The notes under the pieces: model-generated
Told to the model about the DNA's origin: nothing
Databases searched by the model: none
What the model saw: only the letters and a program-made list of their open reading frames with translations
DNA from: a virus
Taxonomy: Duplodnaviria > Caudoviricetes
DNA length: 64,000 bases
Reading direction: 5' to 3' (one strand)
IMG/VR virus record: IMGVR_UViG_3300032244_000223
Coordinates: 43,197 to 107,196 of that record
Made by a program: the position numbers and the translations under genes
In this document: positions 1 to 8,924 of the stretch, one piece after another
How positions within the stretch are numbered: position 1 is the stretch's first letter
Layout of the letters: each line of letters starts with the position of its first letter

Positions 1-55
1 TCGATGGGCCTGCCCATACACCGGTTACCCGGTCGAAGCGTCCGGTGCGCCCGTC

Positions 56-319
56 ATGAGCGACCAGCCGACTTTCATCGTGCACATCGAAGCGGACATC
101 GAATTGACCGTGGACGAAATCTGGCCCGAGGGCGACGCCCCGAAGCACCCCACCGCCGAGGACGTGGCCGAGCGGATGGAGCGTGACGAACTCCGCAACA
201 TGACCAACAAGCGTCAGGTGCTGAACGACTGGTGCCTGCTGGACGATCTGATGGTGTGGGTCGAAGGCGATGGGCTGGAAGGCGACACCGTCAGTGTGAG
301 GCTGTGGGAGTGGGAATGA
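56..319 (+). CDS. hypothetical phage protein
   Basis: 87-aa acidic ORF with GC3-rich codons; its stop overlaps the next ATG (ATGA at 316-319). Confidence 0.7.
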   Translation: MSDQPTFIVHIEADIELTVDEIWPEGDAPKHPTAEDVAERMERDELRNMTNKRQVLNDWCLLDDLMVWVEGDGLEGDTVSVRLWEWE

Positions 320-1020
320 GCGACGACGAAGGACTCAAGATGCTCATGGACATGCAGGGCAACCTGCTGCCCGAGTTGGAGCCGTACGTGCGGGAGTCCG
401 CTGTGGGCCTGTGGCTCGCACACCCCTACGTGCATCAGCCGTTCCATCCCGGCATGGCCGGGTACATCAACAAGCAGTACGAGGCCAAGAAGGAGGCCGT
501 CGCCCGCTGCAAGGAGAGCGGTGACTACAGCCAGTTCCTGTGGTTCCACGAACGGCCCTACCGGATGCACGCCTTCCAAGAGGTGGCCGAACTGCTCAAC
601 GACACCGACTACTGGACCCTGCTGGCCGAACTGTGGGTCGACAGCGAGAACATTCGGGAGTTCCACGACGAGTGGGTCGAACTGCTCATGGACGACCGAC
701 CGGGGCGGGAGCACTTCATGAACGAGGAAGGGCGTGAGGCTCTGGCTGCGCTGCCCGACGAGTTCACCATCTACCAGGGCCACACGTTCGACCGGGACGA
801 CGGCTGGTCGTGGACGACGGACGAGGCCAAGGCCGTGTGGTTCGCACGCCGGTTCGCCTCGCTGGAACGGTCGACGCCGCTGGTGTCGGTCGCCACGGTC
901 TACAAGGACGACGTGCTGGGCTACCTGTTGCAGCGCGGTGAGTCCGAGATTGTCGTGGACCCCGACGTGGTCGAACTGATACGGGTATATGACCCCGGCG
1001 TAGAGGTCGACCGTGACTGA
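316..1020 (+). CDS. hypothetical protein with C-terminal ADP-ribosyltransferase-like fold
   Basis: Start reassigned to the ATG at 316 (coupled to the previous stop). IYQG...WSWTTDxxKAxWFA...GESEIVV resembles the R-S-ExE ART scaffold, with Q in place of R. Confidence 0.55.
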   Translation: MSDDEGLKMLMDMQGNLLPELEPYVRESAVGLWLAHPYVHQPFHPGMAGYINKQYEAKKEAVARCKESGDYSQFLWFHERPYRMHAFQEVAELLNDTDYWTLLAELWVDSENIREFHDEWVELLMDDRPGREHFMNEEGREALAALPDEFTIYQGHTFDRDDGWSWTTDEAKAVWFARRFASLERSTPLVSVATVYKDDVLGYLLQRGESEIVVDPDVVELIRVYDPGVEVDRD

Positions 1021-1531
1021 CTACTGGGAGCAGGCCATGACGGTGGTCATGGGGGAACTGCGTGCGACCGCCGAGGACGAGGCCAACGGAGTCACCGACA
1101 TTCCCGTGGACGACCTGCTGCGCCTGGCAGCGGACGCACTGGAGAGCATGGTGAACCGGGTGCGGGCCTACACGAACGACAAGGTGAGGGCCGAGCAGGA
1201 AGCGGCCCAACTGAGGGGTGCGTTGGAACGGGCCAACGAGTGGCGCAGGGATGCGGAGGACGTTGCCGATGGCATCCTGGCCGACCGGGACTGCGCCCTG
1301 GAAGCCCTGCGGCAGACCGGCGAAACGAAGTGGAAGGACGCCAAGGGCATCTGGCGACCGCTCCCCGCCCCGGCTTGGCTCATCATGGACGACCCCCTGT
1401 CGCCTGTTCACCCGAAGCCCTTGCCCGACTTCCCCGAACCCATTGAACCCACGCTGTCGGTGAGGACGCTCAACGAGTTGTACCGACCCAAGGGTCGCCC
1501 CACGAAGATCACGGACATCCCCCTTGTCTGA
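1013..1531 (+). CDS. hypothetical protein with coiled coil
   Basis: 172-aa ORF overlapping the upstream gene; helical E/A/R-rich core. Confidence 0.7.
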   Translation: MTDYWEQAMTVVMGELRATAEDEANGVTDIPVDDLLRLAADALESMVNRVRAYTNDKVRAEQEAAQLRGALERANEWRRDAEDVADGILADRDCALEALRQTGETKWKDAKGIWRPLPAPAWLIMDDPLSPVHPKPLPDFPEPIEPTLSVRTLNELYRPKGRPTKITDIPLV

Positions 1532-1549
1532 GGAAATAGGTATCACATC

Positions 1550-1762
1550 ATGTCGCAAGTGAACTATGCTCTGTACATGGACCGACCCCGCCGCATCAAG
1601 TGCTCGCACTGCGACGACCGCCAGTACGTCACGCTGCCGGTCGACACCAAGGGCCGCTGCATGTTCCAAGAGGACAGCGGCGTCGTGCAGTTCCACGACC
1701 TGTTCCCCTGCCCGTCCTGCTGCCCGCAGGATTGGAAGTTGCCCGACCCTGTCGGGGTCTGA
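1550..1762 (+). CDS. small zinc-ribbon protein
   Basis: CSHC...CPSC pairs; AGGT SD-like sequence upstream. Confidence 0.65.
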   Translation: MSQVNYALYMDRPRRIKCSHCDDRQYVTLPVDTKGRCMFQEDSGVVQFHDLFPCPSCCPQDWKLPDPVGV

Positions 1763-1765
1763 ATC

Positions 1766-2020
1766 TGACCAGCCTGCGGTCACTAAACCAGGCTCTGCCC
1801 GTGGTCGTATGTGCGGCCCTGTAAGGGCAGGTGGTTGGAGGGGCGACCTTCCAGCAAACACGTGTAACCGGGTCCAAACCGGGCGATCACATCGCAAGAC
1901 CATCAACCTGACCGCCGAAGTCCAGGGGCGGGTCTGCCTCCTTGAGGGACAGCCGACCTGGATGGAAGCAGCCCGAGACTTCTGTAGTCGAAGAGCCATG
2001 GCCAGGGGGATGGTCTTGTG
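1766..2020 (+). ncRNA. candidate structured RNA (family unknown)
   Basis: Non-coding gap between convergent genes filled with helices, a GNRA loop and G.U pairs that work only on the + strand; see findings. Confidence 0.4.
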
Positions 2021-2025
2021 TCGCG

Positions 2026-2415
2026 TCAGAAGTCGTGCTTGCCCATCACGGTGCGGCCACGGGCTTCCAGGCCCTGCATCATCGACCACACCGAAGGGTG
2101 CATGACTCTGCCGAAGTTGATCGTGCCGGGGTACTGCTGGGCGATGTGCTCCACCAAGGCGTGGGCGTGGCCCTGCTCGCGCTGATCCCGGCGAGTGGCC
2201 ATGTAGTCGATGTACACGCCGTCGTCGCCCCAGCGGTGGGTGTCAGCGAAGGACACCACACCAGGCTCCGCACCCGGCACCGGAGTGACAATCGGCTTCT
2301 GTAGCCGACGACCGGTGCGAGGGCTGGTGTAGGTGCGGTTCTCCGAGGGGGCGAAGTAGGTGTGCCCCGGCAAGGGCGGCGGGGCGGCGGGGTCCACGAC
2401 GGAGAAGCGGGACAT
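2026..2415 (-). CDS. GNAT-family acetyltransferase-like protein
   Basis: ATG at 2415 after GGAGG; VYIDYMATRRDQREQGHAHALV matches the acetyl-CoA-binding motif A (Q/RxxGxA). Confidence 0.65.
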   Translation of the reverse strand: MSRFSVVDPAAPPPLPGHTYFAPSENRTYTSPRTGRRLQKPIVTPVPGAEPGVVSFADTHRWGDDGVYIDYMATRRDQREQGHAHALVEHIAQQYPGTINFGRVMHPSVWSMMQGLEARGRTVMGKHDF

Positions 2416-2489
2416 GCCCTCCCGAGGCTGGCGACCGTAGTCCAGCGGGACGGACTGCGCTTCGATGTGAAGTCCCGACCGCAACGTCC

Positions 2490-2714
2490 TCATGTCACAA
2501 CGGTATCACGCACGTTGCTGGCCCTGACGTACGCATCGTGGGCCTCCTGTTCCGTGTCGAACGAGCCGAGGTAGCGGTACTTCCCACGCACCCGAATCTT
2601 GCTGTACCACGTGTTGCCCCAGGACTGCCGATAGGCCCCTTTGAGCCGTGACTGCGTTTCCATACCCTGGTGTGATAGTTGAGTTACTACTACCGGTATC
2701 TCATCAGTCGTCAC
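2490..2714 (-). CDS. stand-alone AP2-domain DNA-binding protein (possible HNH-AP2 remnant)
   Basis: SRLKGAY...[27 protein letters not shown] is a typical AP2 domain; no HNH domain upstream. Confidence 0.7.
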   Translation of the reverse strand: MTTDEIPVVVTQLSHQGMETQSRLKGAYRQSWGNTWYSKIRVRGKYRYLGSFDTEQEAHDAYVRASNVRDTVVT

Positions 2715-4080
2715 TGGTCATCTTCCCCATGACCGAATCCGAGGGGATCGGGCTGTCCAGCACCATGGCGTTGGACCCCACCTTGGACCCGAAGAGGCGA
2801 CTGAGCATGCCCATCTGGCCCTTGGCCTTCACGCTCACCTCCAGGGTGTCCCGGTTGTCCTCAATGTCCTTCCACTTCTCCACCATGTTGAAGAGGCGGT
2901 CCATCTCCCGGCCCACGTCGGGGTCGGGCGTACCGGTGATTTCCTCGCCAAACCGCTGCATGAGCACGCGCTGCGTCTGCACTTCGACCATTGCACGGAG
3001 CACCCCCTGCAACTGGTCCTTGGACCGGATGATGACCGGGATGTGGTAGGCGCACTTGGCCCCGCCCTCGTACGAGGGGCACTGCAAGGAGAAAGAGCAG
3101 GTGTCGCATCGACGCAGCGATTCCTGGGTTACAGCGAGGGTTTCGACCTCCGTGGAAGTGACCGCTCCGTCCAGGCCGGTGGACTCCACCGCCGCCAGTT
3201 CCAAGCCGATCACTGGCAAGACGGCGTGCCGCCCTGGGAGGCGGTCACTATCAAGTCGCCGGACCTCCGATCCGTCATTGAGGGCCGTCCCGAAGTCGGG
3301 ACTGTCAACTACTACCCCCTGGCCTTGCGGGGTGTTGGGGGGATTTTTACGAGCGGGTGTCTCCCGTTCCAAGACGAGCCACGAGCGGATGGCGAGCCGA
3401 GCGCAGGCCGCAGCGTCGTCTGCGATGACCGCATCGGGGTCCACGCCGAGGGCGGCGATGGCGGCACGGTGCTGCTGACGCTTGGCCAACTTGTCCTTGC
3501 TGTTGTACCGGTTGAGTTTGCCCTGGTCCCATACCTGGGTTTCACCGTGCTTCTGGACGGCCCACCACGCCGATGTAATTACGACGCTGTAGTTCTCCAG
3601 GCCCTTCGACCTACCGGTGAGCGCACCGATCACCTGACCGTGCCCGGTCGCCGCCTGTGCAGTGCGGGCCGAGGCAGCGTTGTCGACCACCGAATCGGGG
3701 AGGAACACTGCGCCGTACTGTTCCAAGCAGTCACGGAGGGAACCATGGTCCCCGCCGTCCCAGGTGGGAGCGAAGAACAGGTCGCTGTTCCCGAGCCAGG
3801 TGTCCTCGCCCCAGGAGTAGGGACCGACGATGGCCTCCGGCGGAACTCCTCGGTCGATGGCACCGCTCAGGAGCGTAAGGGTGCTTTCCCAGGTCGTATC
3901 GGGGCTATCGGCGTAGAGAATCCACTCCATCCCGCCCAGACGCTCTTCCGTGGCCCACTCGCTGAGGTCTTTCACTCGGCGGGAGAGGGCGGTGACGTTG
4001 ACGGCGACCCTGACCACTCCTTCCGCACGAAGGGTGTTCAGGTGCGACGGGGACTCAGCCCCGGCGAAGTACAGCAACAT
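2704..4080 (-). CDS. hypothetical protein; degenerate TGT-like TIM barrel plus C-terminal Cys cluster
   Basis: 458 aa; LYFAG...YADS...APTWDGGD...YSVVITSAW pattern; [19 protein letters not shown] cluster. Confidence 0.55.
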   Translation of the reverse strand: MLLYFAGAESPSHLNTLRAEGVVRVAVNVTALSRRVKDLSEWATEERLGGMEWILYADSPDTTWESTLTLLSGAIDRGVPPEAIVGPYSWGEDTWLGNSDLFFAPTWDGGDHGSLRDCLEQYGAVFLPDSVVDNAASARTAQAATGHGQVIGALTGRSKGLENYSVVITSAWWAVQKHGETQVWDQGKLNRYNSKDKLAKRQQHRAAIAALGVDPDAVIADDAAACARLAIRSWLVLERETPARKNPPNTPQGQGVVVDSPDFGTALNDGSEVRRLDSDRLPGRHAVLPVIGLELAAVESTGLDGAVTSTEVETLAVTQESLRRCDTCSFSLQCPSYEGGAKCAYHIPVIIRSKDQLQGVLRAMVEVQTQRVLMQRFGEEITGTPDPDVGREMDRLFNMVEKWKDIEDNRDTLEVSVKAKGQMGMLSRLFGSKVGSNAMVLDSPIPSDSVMGKMTSDD

Positions 4081-4092
4081 TGGGTTGTCCGA

Positions 4093-5097
4093 TCAGTCGT
4101 TCTGTGCCAGGTTCTGTTCGATCACGGCAGCGTGCTGCTGGAACACAGCCTTGCTACGCCCGCCCATACCGCCCTTCGGAGCCTCGTAACTGGACTCAGC
4201 GTTGTTGTCTGCGAACAGCGGTCTGGGAGACTCTGGGGTGCGGTCGGGGTTGTAGTTCTCGGTGTTCTGGAACAGGGACTCGGGCGGGTTGCTGTCCCTG
4301 CCGCTGCGGAGTGCCTTGCCCAGGATGGTGTCCTCGGGCGGCATGCCGAACTCCTTGACGCCCTCGTTGGCGGCGTTCAGTTCGTCCTGTGTGGCGGGCC
4401 TGCCCCAGGTGCTGAGGTTCTCATTGACCTCGGCTTGGCGACGAGGGCCGACAGGGCCGGAACCGGTGAAGGTCGTGCGGCTGGTGGGCAGCGTGTTGCC
4501 CTCGGAGTCCCGGCGCAGAGGAGAGGACAGACCCTGGCCGGGGCGAGCCTCGCCCCAGTGTTCCAAGTTCTGATCCATGGAGTACTTGGCCGACTCCCAG
4601 TCCTTGCGGGGGTCGACCCAGTTCGGGTTGGGGCGGAAGCCGGTGTCGCCGTACTTATCCACCTTCGACGTGGTCCCCTGCTCCATGGCACGGGGGGTGA
4701 TGGTCGTCTTGCCGCGTGCACCCATGTCGAAGTTGTAGCCGTAGGCACCTGCGAACTGGAGGCCGGAGGCCGGAGAGGCGACACCCCAGGCTGCACCGTT
4801 GTGGTAACCGCCCTTCCCCACGGAGAAGCCAATGTCAGCACCCGCAGTCGGCATCGGTGCGTTCATGCGCGCCTGCACACCCTGGTTGATGCTGCTGGCC
4901 ATGGCCTGACCGGCAGGGCTGGTGGGCGTACCGGTCTTGAGGGAGGTGGGGTTGACGGCGGCGATGGCCACGTTGCCCGCCGTGCGGAACGCACGGGTGC
5001 GGGCAGGCATGGTCTGCGGGGGGTTGTTCGGCCCCATGTTCGCCTGGACCGGGCGATTGAGGGCGGCGTCCCTCATCCACTGGAAGGCGTTGACCAT
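4093..5097 (-). CDS. hypothetical low-complexity protein
   Basis: 334-aa G/P/N/T-rich ORF with coding-like codon usage, in operon order. Confidence 0.7.
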   Translation of the reverse strand: MVNAFQWMRDAALNRPVQANMGPNNPPQTMPARTRAFRTAGNVAIAAVNPTSLKTGTPTSPAGQAMASSINQGVQARMNAPMPTAGADIGFSVGKGGYHNGAAWGVASPASGLQFAGAYGYNFDMGARGKTTITPRAMEQGTTSKVDKYGDTGFRPNPNWVDPRKDWESAKYSMDQNLEHWGEARPGQGLSSPLRRDSEGNTLPTSRTTFTGSGPVGPRRQAEVNENLSTWGRPATQDELNAANEGVKEFGMPPEDTILGKALRSGRDSNPPESLFQNTENYNPDRTPESPRPLFADNNAESSYEAPKGGMGGRSKAVFQQHAAVIEQNLAQND

Positions 5098-5098
5098 G

Positions 5099-5413
5099 TC
5101 AGTACCCCGTCAGGCTGGTGCCACCTGCACCCATGCCAGCAGTGGCGTTCGATGCACTGGCGGGAGCCTGGTGCTCCTGGGCCATCTTCTCGCTCTCGGG
5201 GGTGACCCCGCCCCACTTCTTGATGCCCTCTGCGGCCTCGTTGATGCCCTTCGTCATGCTGGCGAGGCGACTGGTTGCACCTGCGCCCTGGGCGGCGGCA
5301 CCTGCGCCTGCGGCCACTTCGCCTGCGGTAGCGGCGGTGGCAGCAGTACCTGCGGCGGTCGCAGCAGCGGCACCCTCGGCCATCCCCGTCAGTGCGGTCA
5401 AGAGAAACGCCAT
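5099..5413 (-). CDS. hypothetical Ala/Gly-rich protein
   Basis: ATG at 5413 after GGAGGTG SD (MAFLLTALTGMAEGAAAA...). Confidence 0.7.
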   Translation of the reverse strand: MAFLLTALTGMAEGAAAATAAGTAATAATAGEVAAGAGAAAQGAGATSRLASMTKGINEAAEGIKKWGGVTPESEKMAQEHQAPASASNATAGMGAGGTSLTGY

Positions 5414-5417
5414 GTCG

Positions 5418-5900
5418 TCACACCTCCGGTGCCTTGAGCAACTGCTCCTGCTCCATTGTATCAACGAGCGCATCCCAGGGTTTGATACTCCGGTCAGCGT
5501 CGGGCCTCCACTCGGGCCTGCCGAACTTCGGGGTGGCGACCAAGAGCGTGGGCACGCCCTCCAAGAAGGCAGCACGCACGGAGGTGGGGTCGCTGTCGAC
5601 GTAGAGCATCACGGGCCAGCCCTCGGCCTGCATCTCTCTGATCTTGCTGACCTTCCAGTCCACCGGGCTGAGGATGGTGTTCTCCGGTCGGGCGTAGACC
5701 GATCCGAACCCGGTGTAGTGCTCCCGCTTGAGCCATTCCCTGGCCAGGGCGACGTTGGGGTCCGTGGTGATGATGAGCAGTTGGAACTGCCCCTTGAAGG
5801 ACTCGTAGAGCAGCCGCCCGGTCTTGGTCGGGGGGCTGGCCTTGAGGTCGGTGCCCTCCACCATGACGCCTTCCAGGCAGAGGATGGCGAGAGGGTTCAC
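5418..5900 (-). CDS. HAD-superfamily-like protein (motif I degenerate)
   Basis: ILCLEGVMV in place of DxDGxL, LIITT motif II, K, LYVDSDP motif IV. Confidence 0.6.
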   Translation of the reverse strand: MNPLAILCLEGVMVEGTDLKASPPTKTGRLLYESFKGQFQLLIITTDPNVALAREWLKREHYTGFGSVYARPENTILSPVDWKVSKIREMQAEGWPVMLYVDSDPTSVRAAFLEGVPTLLVATPKFGRPEWRPDADRSIKPWDALVDTMEQEQLLKAPEV

Positions 5901-7576
5901 GACGCCTGCACCAGTGCGTCCTGTGCTTCACCGCGTCCGGTGGGCGGCGGGAAGGAGAAGGCGTAGGGGGGGATGGTCGACTCGGGAGCGGTCACACCGG
6001 GCGGGTACCACGTGCCGAACCTGCGATTGAGCCGGAAGATCGTGGGATACAGGGGTGTCAGCAGCGGCTGCATCTGCATTGCAGAGGGGGTAACCCAGGT
6101 CAGAACGCCATTCTCTGCCACCTGGAACGGCCCCGCCGTACCGGTTGCACCACCGCCGCCGACCGGCATGCCCAACAGGGACCGGACGGCACTGATCTTG
6201 GCACGCATCTTGAGGCCGTCGTCCTCGCCGTTCGCAGGGTTCACCCAACTGGCGTAAGCGTAGGAGATGATCTGGATGGCCACGTCAGGATCGGGCTGCC
6301 CCAGGGTGTCGATCACGGACCAGTCGAAAGCAGGGTTACGGAGAGCACCGACTTGGACAAGGCGTGTCAGTCCACGCTTGGTGAAGTCCTGCTGCTGGTA
6401 GTAGTACGGCGTGATCGCATGGAACATCACCGTGTTGACCTCGTCCAGGGACACGTCACTCCCGCTCTGCTGGAGCCAGTCCTGCACTACCTCGGGGTCA
6501 GCGAGTTCAAGGAACCTGCGCCCATCTGGAACATCCGCATCCCGCACGTAGGCGAAGAACGGCACGCAGACGGAAGTCACCCCGTTGGTGATGGCTCGGG
6601 CAATCTCCGTGTGGATGTAACTCTTGAAGGGGTTGAGGGCGAGGTCGGCAGGCTCGGTGCGGGTGTCGCACGAGAGGCCCTCGCAGGCGTCCACGAACAG
6701 CACCCAGTCCTCGTCCTGGTAGTTCCAAGCCTCATCTGCGGCAGCGAACTGGGCCTGCCTCCAGGCCACCGGATCGGTGAAGTAGTCCACCCCGACCGAG
6801 GCGAACTTGGCCTCACGGTGGGCCTTGTCCCACTCCACGATCCAGTACCGAGGGTCGCCACGGTTGGTGTCCAAGATGAAGAGGTCGTTGACGAAGTTGG
6901 TGGTCCACGGCACGCTCTTGCCGACATCGTGTTCCAAGTCCCCGAAGGGTGCCCCGACCAGCCCGTGGATGACCGAGTCCTGGGTGAACATGAGCAGGGC
7001 GTTGTCCCCGTCATCCACCAGGCCAGTGAGATCGACGTTGGTGGAACCCTGGTTCGGGAAGGTGATACCTCCCGAAAGGACCCTATGGATGGACAACTGG
7101 GACAGCGTCACCTGATCCGCCGAGTCCCCCGGCTTGCGGAACAGGATGATGCCCCCGATTTCGGGAGTCGTGACGGTGGTGTCGGTGGCGATTCCCTCGG
7201 CACCGAAGTACGAGTAGCCCCAGTCGGTCCCGCTGTAGGACATGTAGTTGGGAAACACCCCGAGTTCGCCGTTGGTGACAGCCACCTGCGTGGCCGAGAG
7301 CACGGTGGTGTCGGTGCCGTCGTCGGCCAAGGTGCCCTGGAAGACCGACACCTCCCCTGCCTGGTTGATCACCAGAGCCGAGAAGGTGCGTTCACCCGAG
7401 GACAGCCCCGAGGCGATGAAGATGCCGCTGTACCCGTTGCCGCTGACGTGGTCGACCACCCCGGTGACGCTGAACGAGCCTGCGAGAGCCGACGAGGTAG
7501 CGGCGGCGGGTGTTCCAAACGCTTCCTGGGAGAGGTGCCAGGAGTCGTCCGAGATGATCTGCTCCACCGTGGCCAT
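5897..7576 (-). CDS. hypothetical protein; beta-rich N-terminus plus GT-A-like C-terminal region
   Basis: GGAGG SD; WRQAQFAAA...EDWVLFVDACE resembles the GT2 DxD context. Confidence 0.6.
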   Translation of the reverse strand: MATVEQIISDDSWHLSQEAFGTPAAATSSALAGSFSVTGVVDHVSGNGYSGIFIASGLSSGERTFSALVINQAGEVSVFQGTLADDGTDTTVLSATQVAVTNGELGVFPNYMSYSGTDWGYSYFGAEGIATDTTVTTPEIGGIILFRKPGDSADQVTLSQLSIHRVLSGGITFPNQGSTNVDLTGLVDDGDNALLMFTQDSVIHGLVGAPFGDLEHDVGKSVPWTTNFVNDLFILDTNRGDPRYWIVEWDKAHREAKFASVGVDYFTDPVAWRQAQFAAADEAWNYQDEDWVLFVDACEGLSCDTRTEPADLALNPFKSYIHTEIARAITNGVTSVCVPFFAYVRDADVPDGRRFLELADPEVVQDWLQQSGSDVSLDEVNTVMFHAITPYYYQQQDFTKRGLTRLVQVGALRNPAFDWSVIDTLGQPDPDVAIQIISYAYASWVNPANGEDDGLKMRAKISAVRSLLGMPVGGGGATGTAGPFQVAENGVLTWVTPSAMQMQPLLTPLYPTIFRLNRRFGTWYPPGVTAPESTIPPYAFSFPPPTGRGEAQDALVQAS

Positions 7577-7604
7577 GCTTACCTCCGTAACACCTCAGCG
7601 TACT

Positions 7605-8219
7605 TCAACGCCGCCGGTACACGTTGGCCTTCTGGCCGCTGTCCGTGTACATGCCCTTGCGGCGTCGGAGTTCGACGTTGATGTAGGTCTGCTGGAAGGG
7701 GCAGATGTAGCACAGGTACTGCCGGTACTTGTTCGGCACGCGCACGACGTGGCCTTCGCCGTCGTCGTACTGGGCGGGGCCGATGCGCTTGGTGTCGGCC
7801 ATGTAGTCCCGGCAACCGGTGGTGGTATCGGGGTTACCGTGGTCGTTGTAGCACTTGATGGCGGCAGCCTTGTACTCGTCGGACTCCTGGTAGAACTGGC
7901 CGGTCTGCTTGTGCAGAGCGTCCTTGATCTTGGTCACCATGTCGACCGAGTCCCAGGTCTTCTGGTCGACGGCCATCACCTGGATCACACCAGAGAAGCC
8001 GAGTTGGTTGTCGTCGTAGTGGTGCCGGTGCTTCTCCGTGAAGTCCTCCAGCATCGGGTCGTACGCCGGGACCATGACCGGCAGGCCCTGGTCGTCACGG
8101 AACACGAAGTCCTGGCCGTTCTCCCACTGCACACGGGCGGGCACCATCTGCACACCGGGCGGCGGGTCAGGGATGCGGACGAGGATGTGGCAGTGGTGGC
8201 ACGTGACCAACCTGGGCAT
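7605..8219 (-). CDS. hypothetical Cys-containing phage protein
   Basis: N-terminal CHHC, C-terminal C..H..C..CYIC; GGAG SD. Confidence 0.75.
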   Translation of the reverse strand: MPRLVTCHHCHILVRIPDPPPGVQMVPARVQWENGQDFVFRDDQGLPVMVPAYDPMLEDFTEKHRHHYDDNQLGFSGVIQVMAVDQKTWDSVDMVTKIKDALHKQTGQFYQESDEYKAAAIKCYNDHGNPDTTTGCRDYMADTKRIGPAQYDDGEGHVVRVPNKYRQYLCYICPFQQTYINVELRRRKGMYTDSGQKANVYRRR

Positions 8220-8243
8220 TGGGTTCTCCGATGAGTGAAACGG

Positions 8244-8669
8244 CTAGATGTTGAGGGTGTTGTTGAAGCCCTCGTTGCCACGTGGGCCGAGGTCTTGTCC
8301 AGGGGACACGTTGTGATACTCGGAGCGCAACTTGTGCATGACACCTGTGATGATGTCCTTGCCGTACTGCTGGCGCACGGCTTCCGAGATGCCCGCCTTG
8401 TCCATGTGGCGGTTCCAATCCAGCAGGGAGTTGTTGGCCAGGTGGGCCTCACTCATGGGGTGCCCGCTGCCCTTGATGTGGGAGTAGAGGCGGTCCACGT
8501 GCATCTGGTGGGGCGAGTACACCGGGTGCTGGTCAGCACCGCCGATGCGGATGGACCGAGCAGCGGAAGTGTTCGACATGGACGAAGTCCATGCAGTGTT
8601 CTGAGGGCGGTACGGGTACGCAGGCCCGCCGCCACCTTCCTCAGAAGCCTGCCGCTGACCGGACCTCAT
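8244..8669 (-). CDS. hypothetical protein (start uncertain; ATG at 8579 possible)
   Basis: ORF in operon order. Confidence 0.55.
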   Translation of the reverse strand: MRSGQRQASEEGGGGPAYPYRPQNTAWTSSMSNTSAARSIRIGGADQHPVYSPHQMHVDRLYSHIKGSGHPMSEAHLANNSLLDWNRHMDKAGISEAVRQQYGKDIITGVMHKLRSEYHNVSPGQDLGPRGNEGFNNTLNI

Positions 8670-8890
8670 CGCCGGTAGTGCTCCACGTCCTTGCCAGCGT
8701 GGCAGGAGCAGTCGGTGGCGAACTTCGGCTCACGGTGCGACTCGGCCTGACCGTACGACGGCCAGGACAGGCGGTCGTGCGGGATGTCCCCGAGGACGCC
8801 ACCGCGGTCGGGCATGATGCTGATGTACGACGAATCGACGGTGCCCTGTGCGAAGTCGGCGGACATGGAGCGGGACTGGTTGACGGCCAT
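8666..8890 (-). CDS. hypothetical small protein
   Basis: Strong GGAGGT SD; MAVNQSRSM start. Confidence 0.75.
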   Translation of the reverse strand: MAVNQSRSMSADFAQGTVDSSYISIMPDRGGVLGDIPHDRLSWPSYGQAESHREPKFATDCSCHAGKDVEHYRR

Positions 8891-8919
8891 GGTGATACCT
8901 CCATTACCAGAGTATCACC
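8891..8919 (-). promoter_or_regulatory. RBS-sequestering hairpin containing an extended -10 promoter
   Basis: GGTGATAC/GTATCACC inverted repeat encloses the GGAGG SD; TGaTACTCT (8917-8909) lies in the 5' arm. Confidence 0.5.
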
Positions 8920-8924
8920 TTGCC

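Noticed and set aside
1754-2020. tmRNA, tRNA, group I intron, or HEARO/omega-RNA identity for the structured gap
   Set aside because: No T-arm or CCA end, no P4/P7 core, and only two short words (TGACCAGCCT, CCAGGCTCTG) resemble HEARO, with no IscB gene adjacent
3043-5205. Long plus-strand ORFs antisense to real genes (also 47952-50597, 40489-42549, 34636-36213 and others)
   Set aside because: Shadow ORFs caused by high-GC codon bias; the translations have no motifs, while the minus-strand genes tile the region
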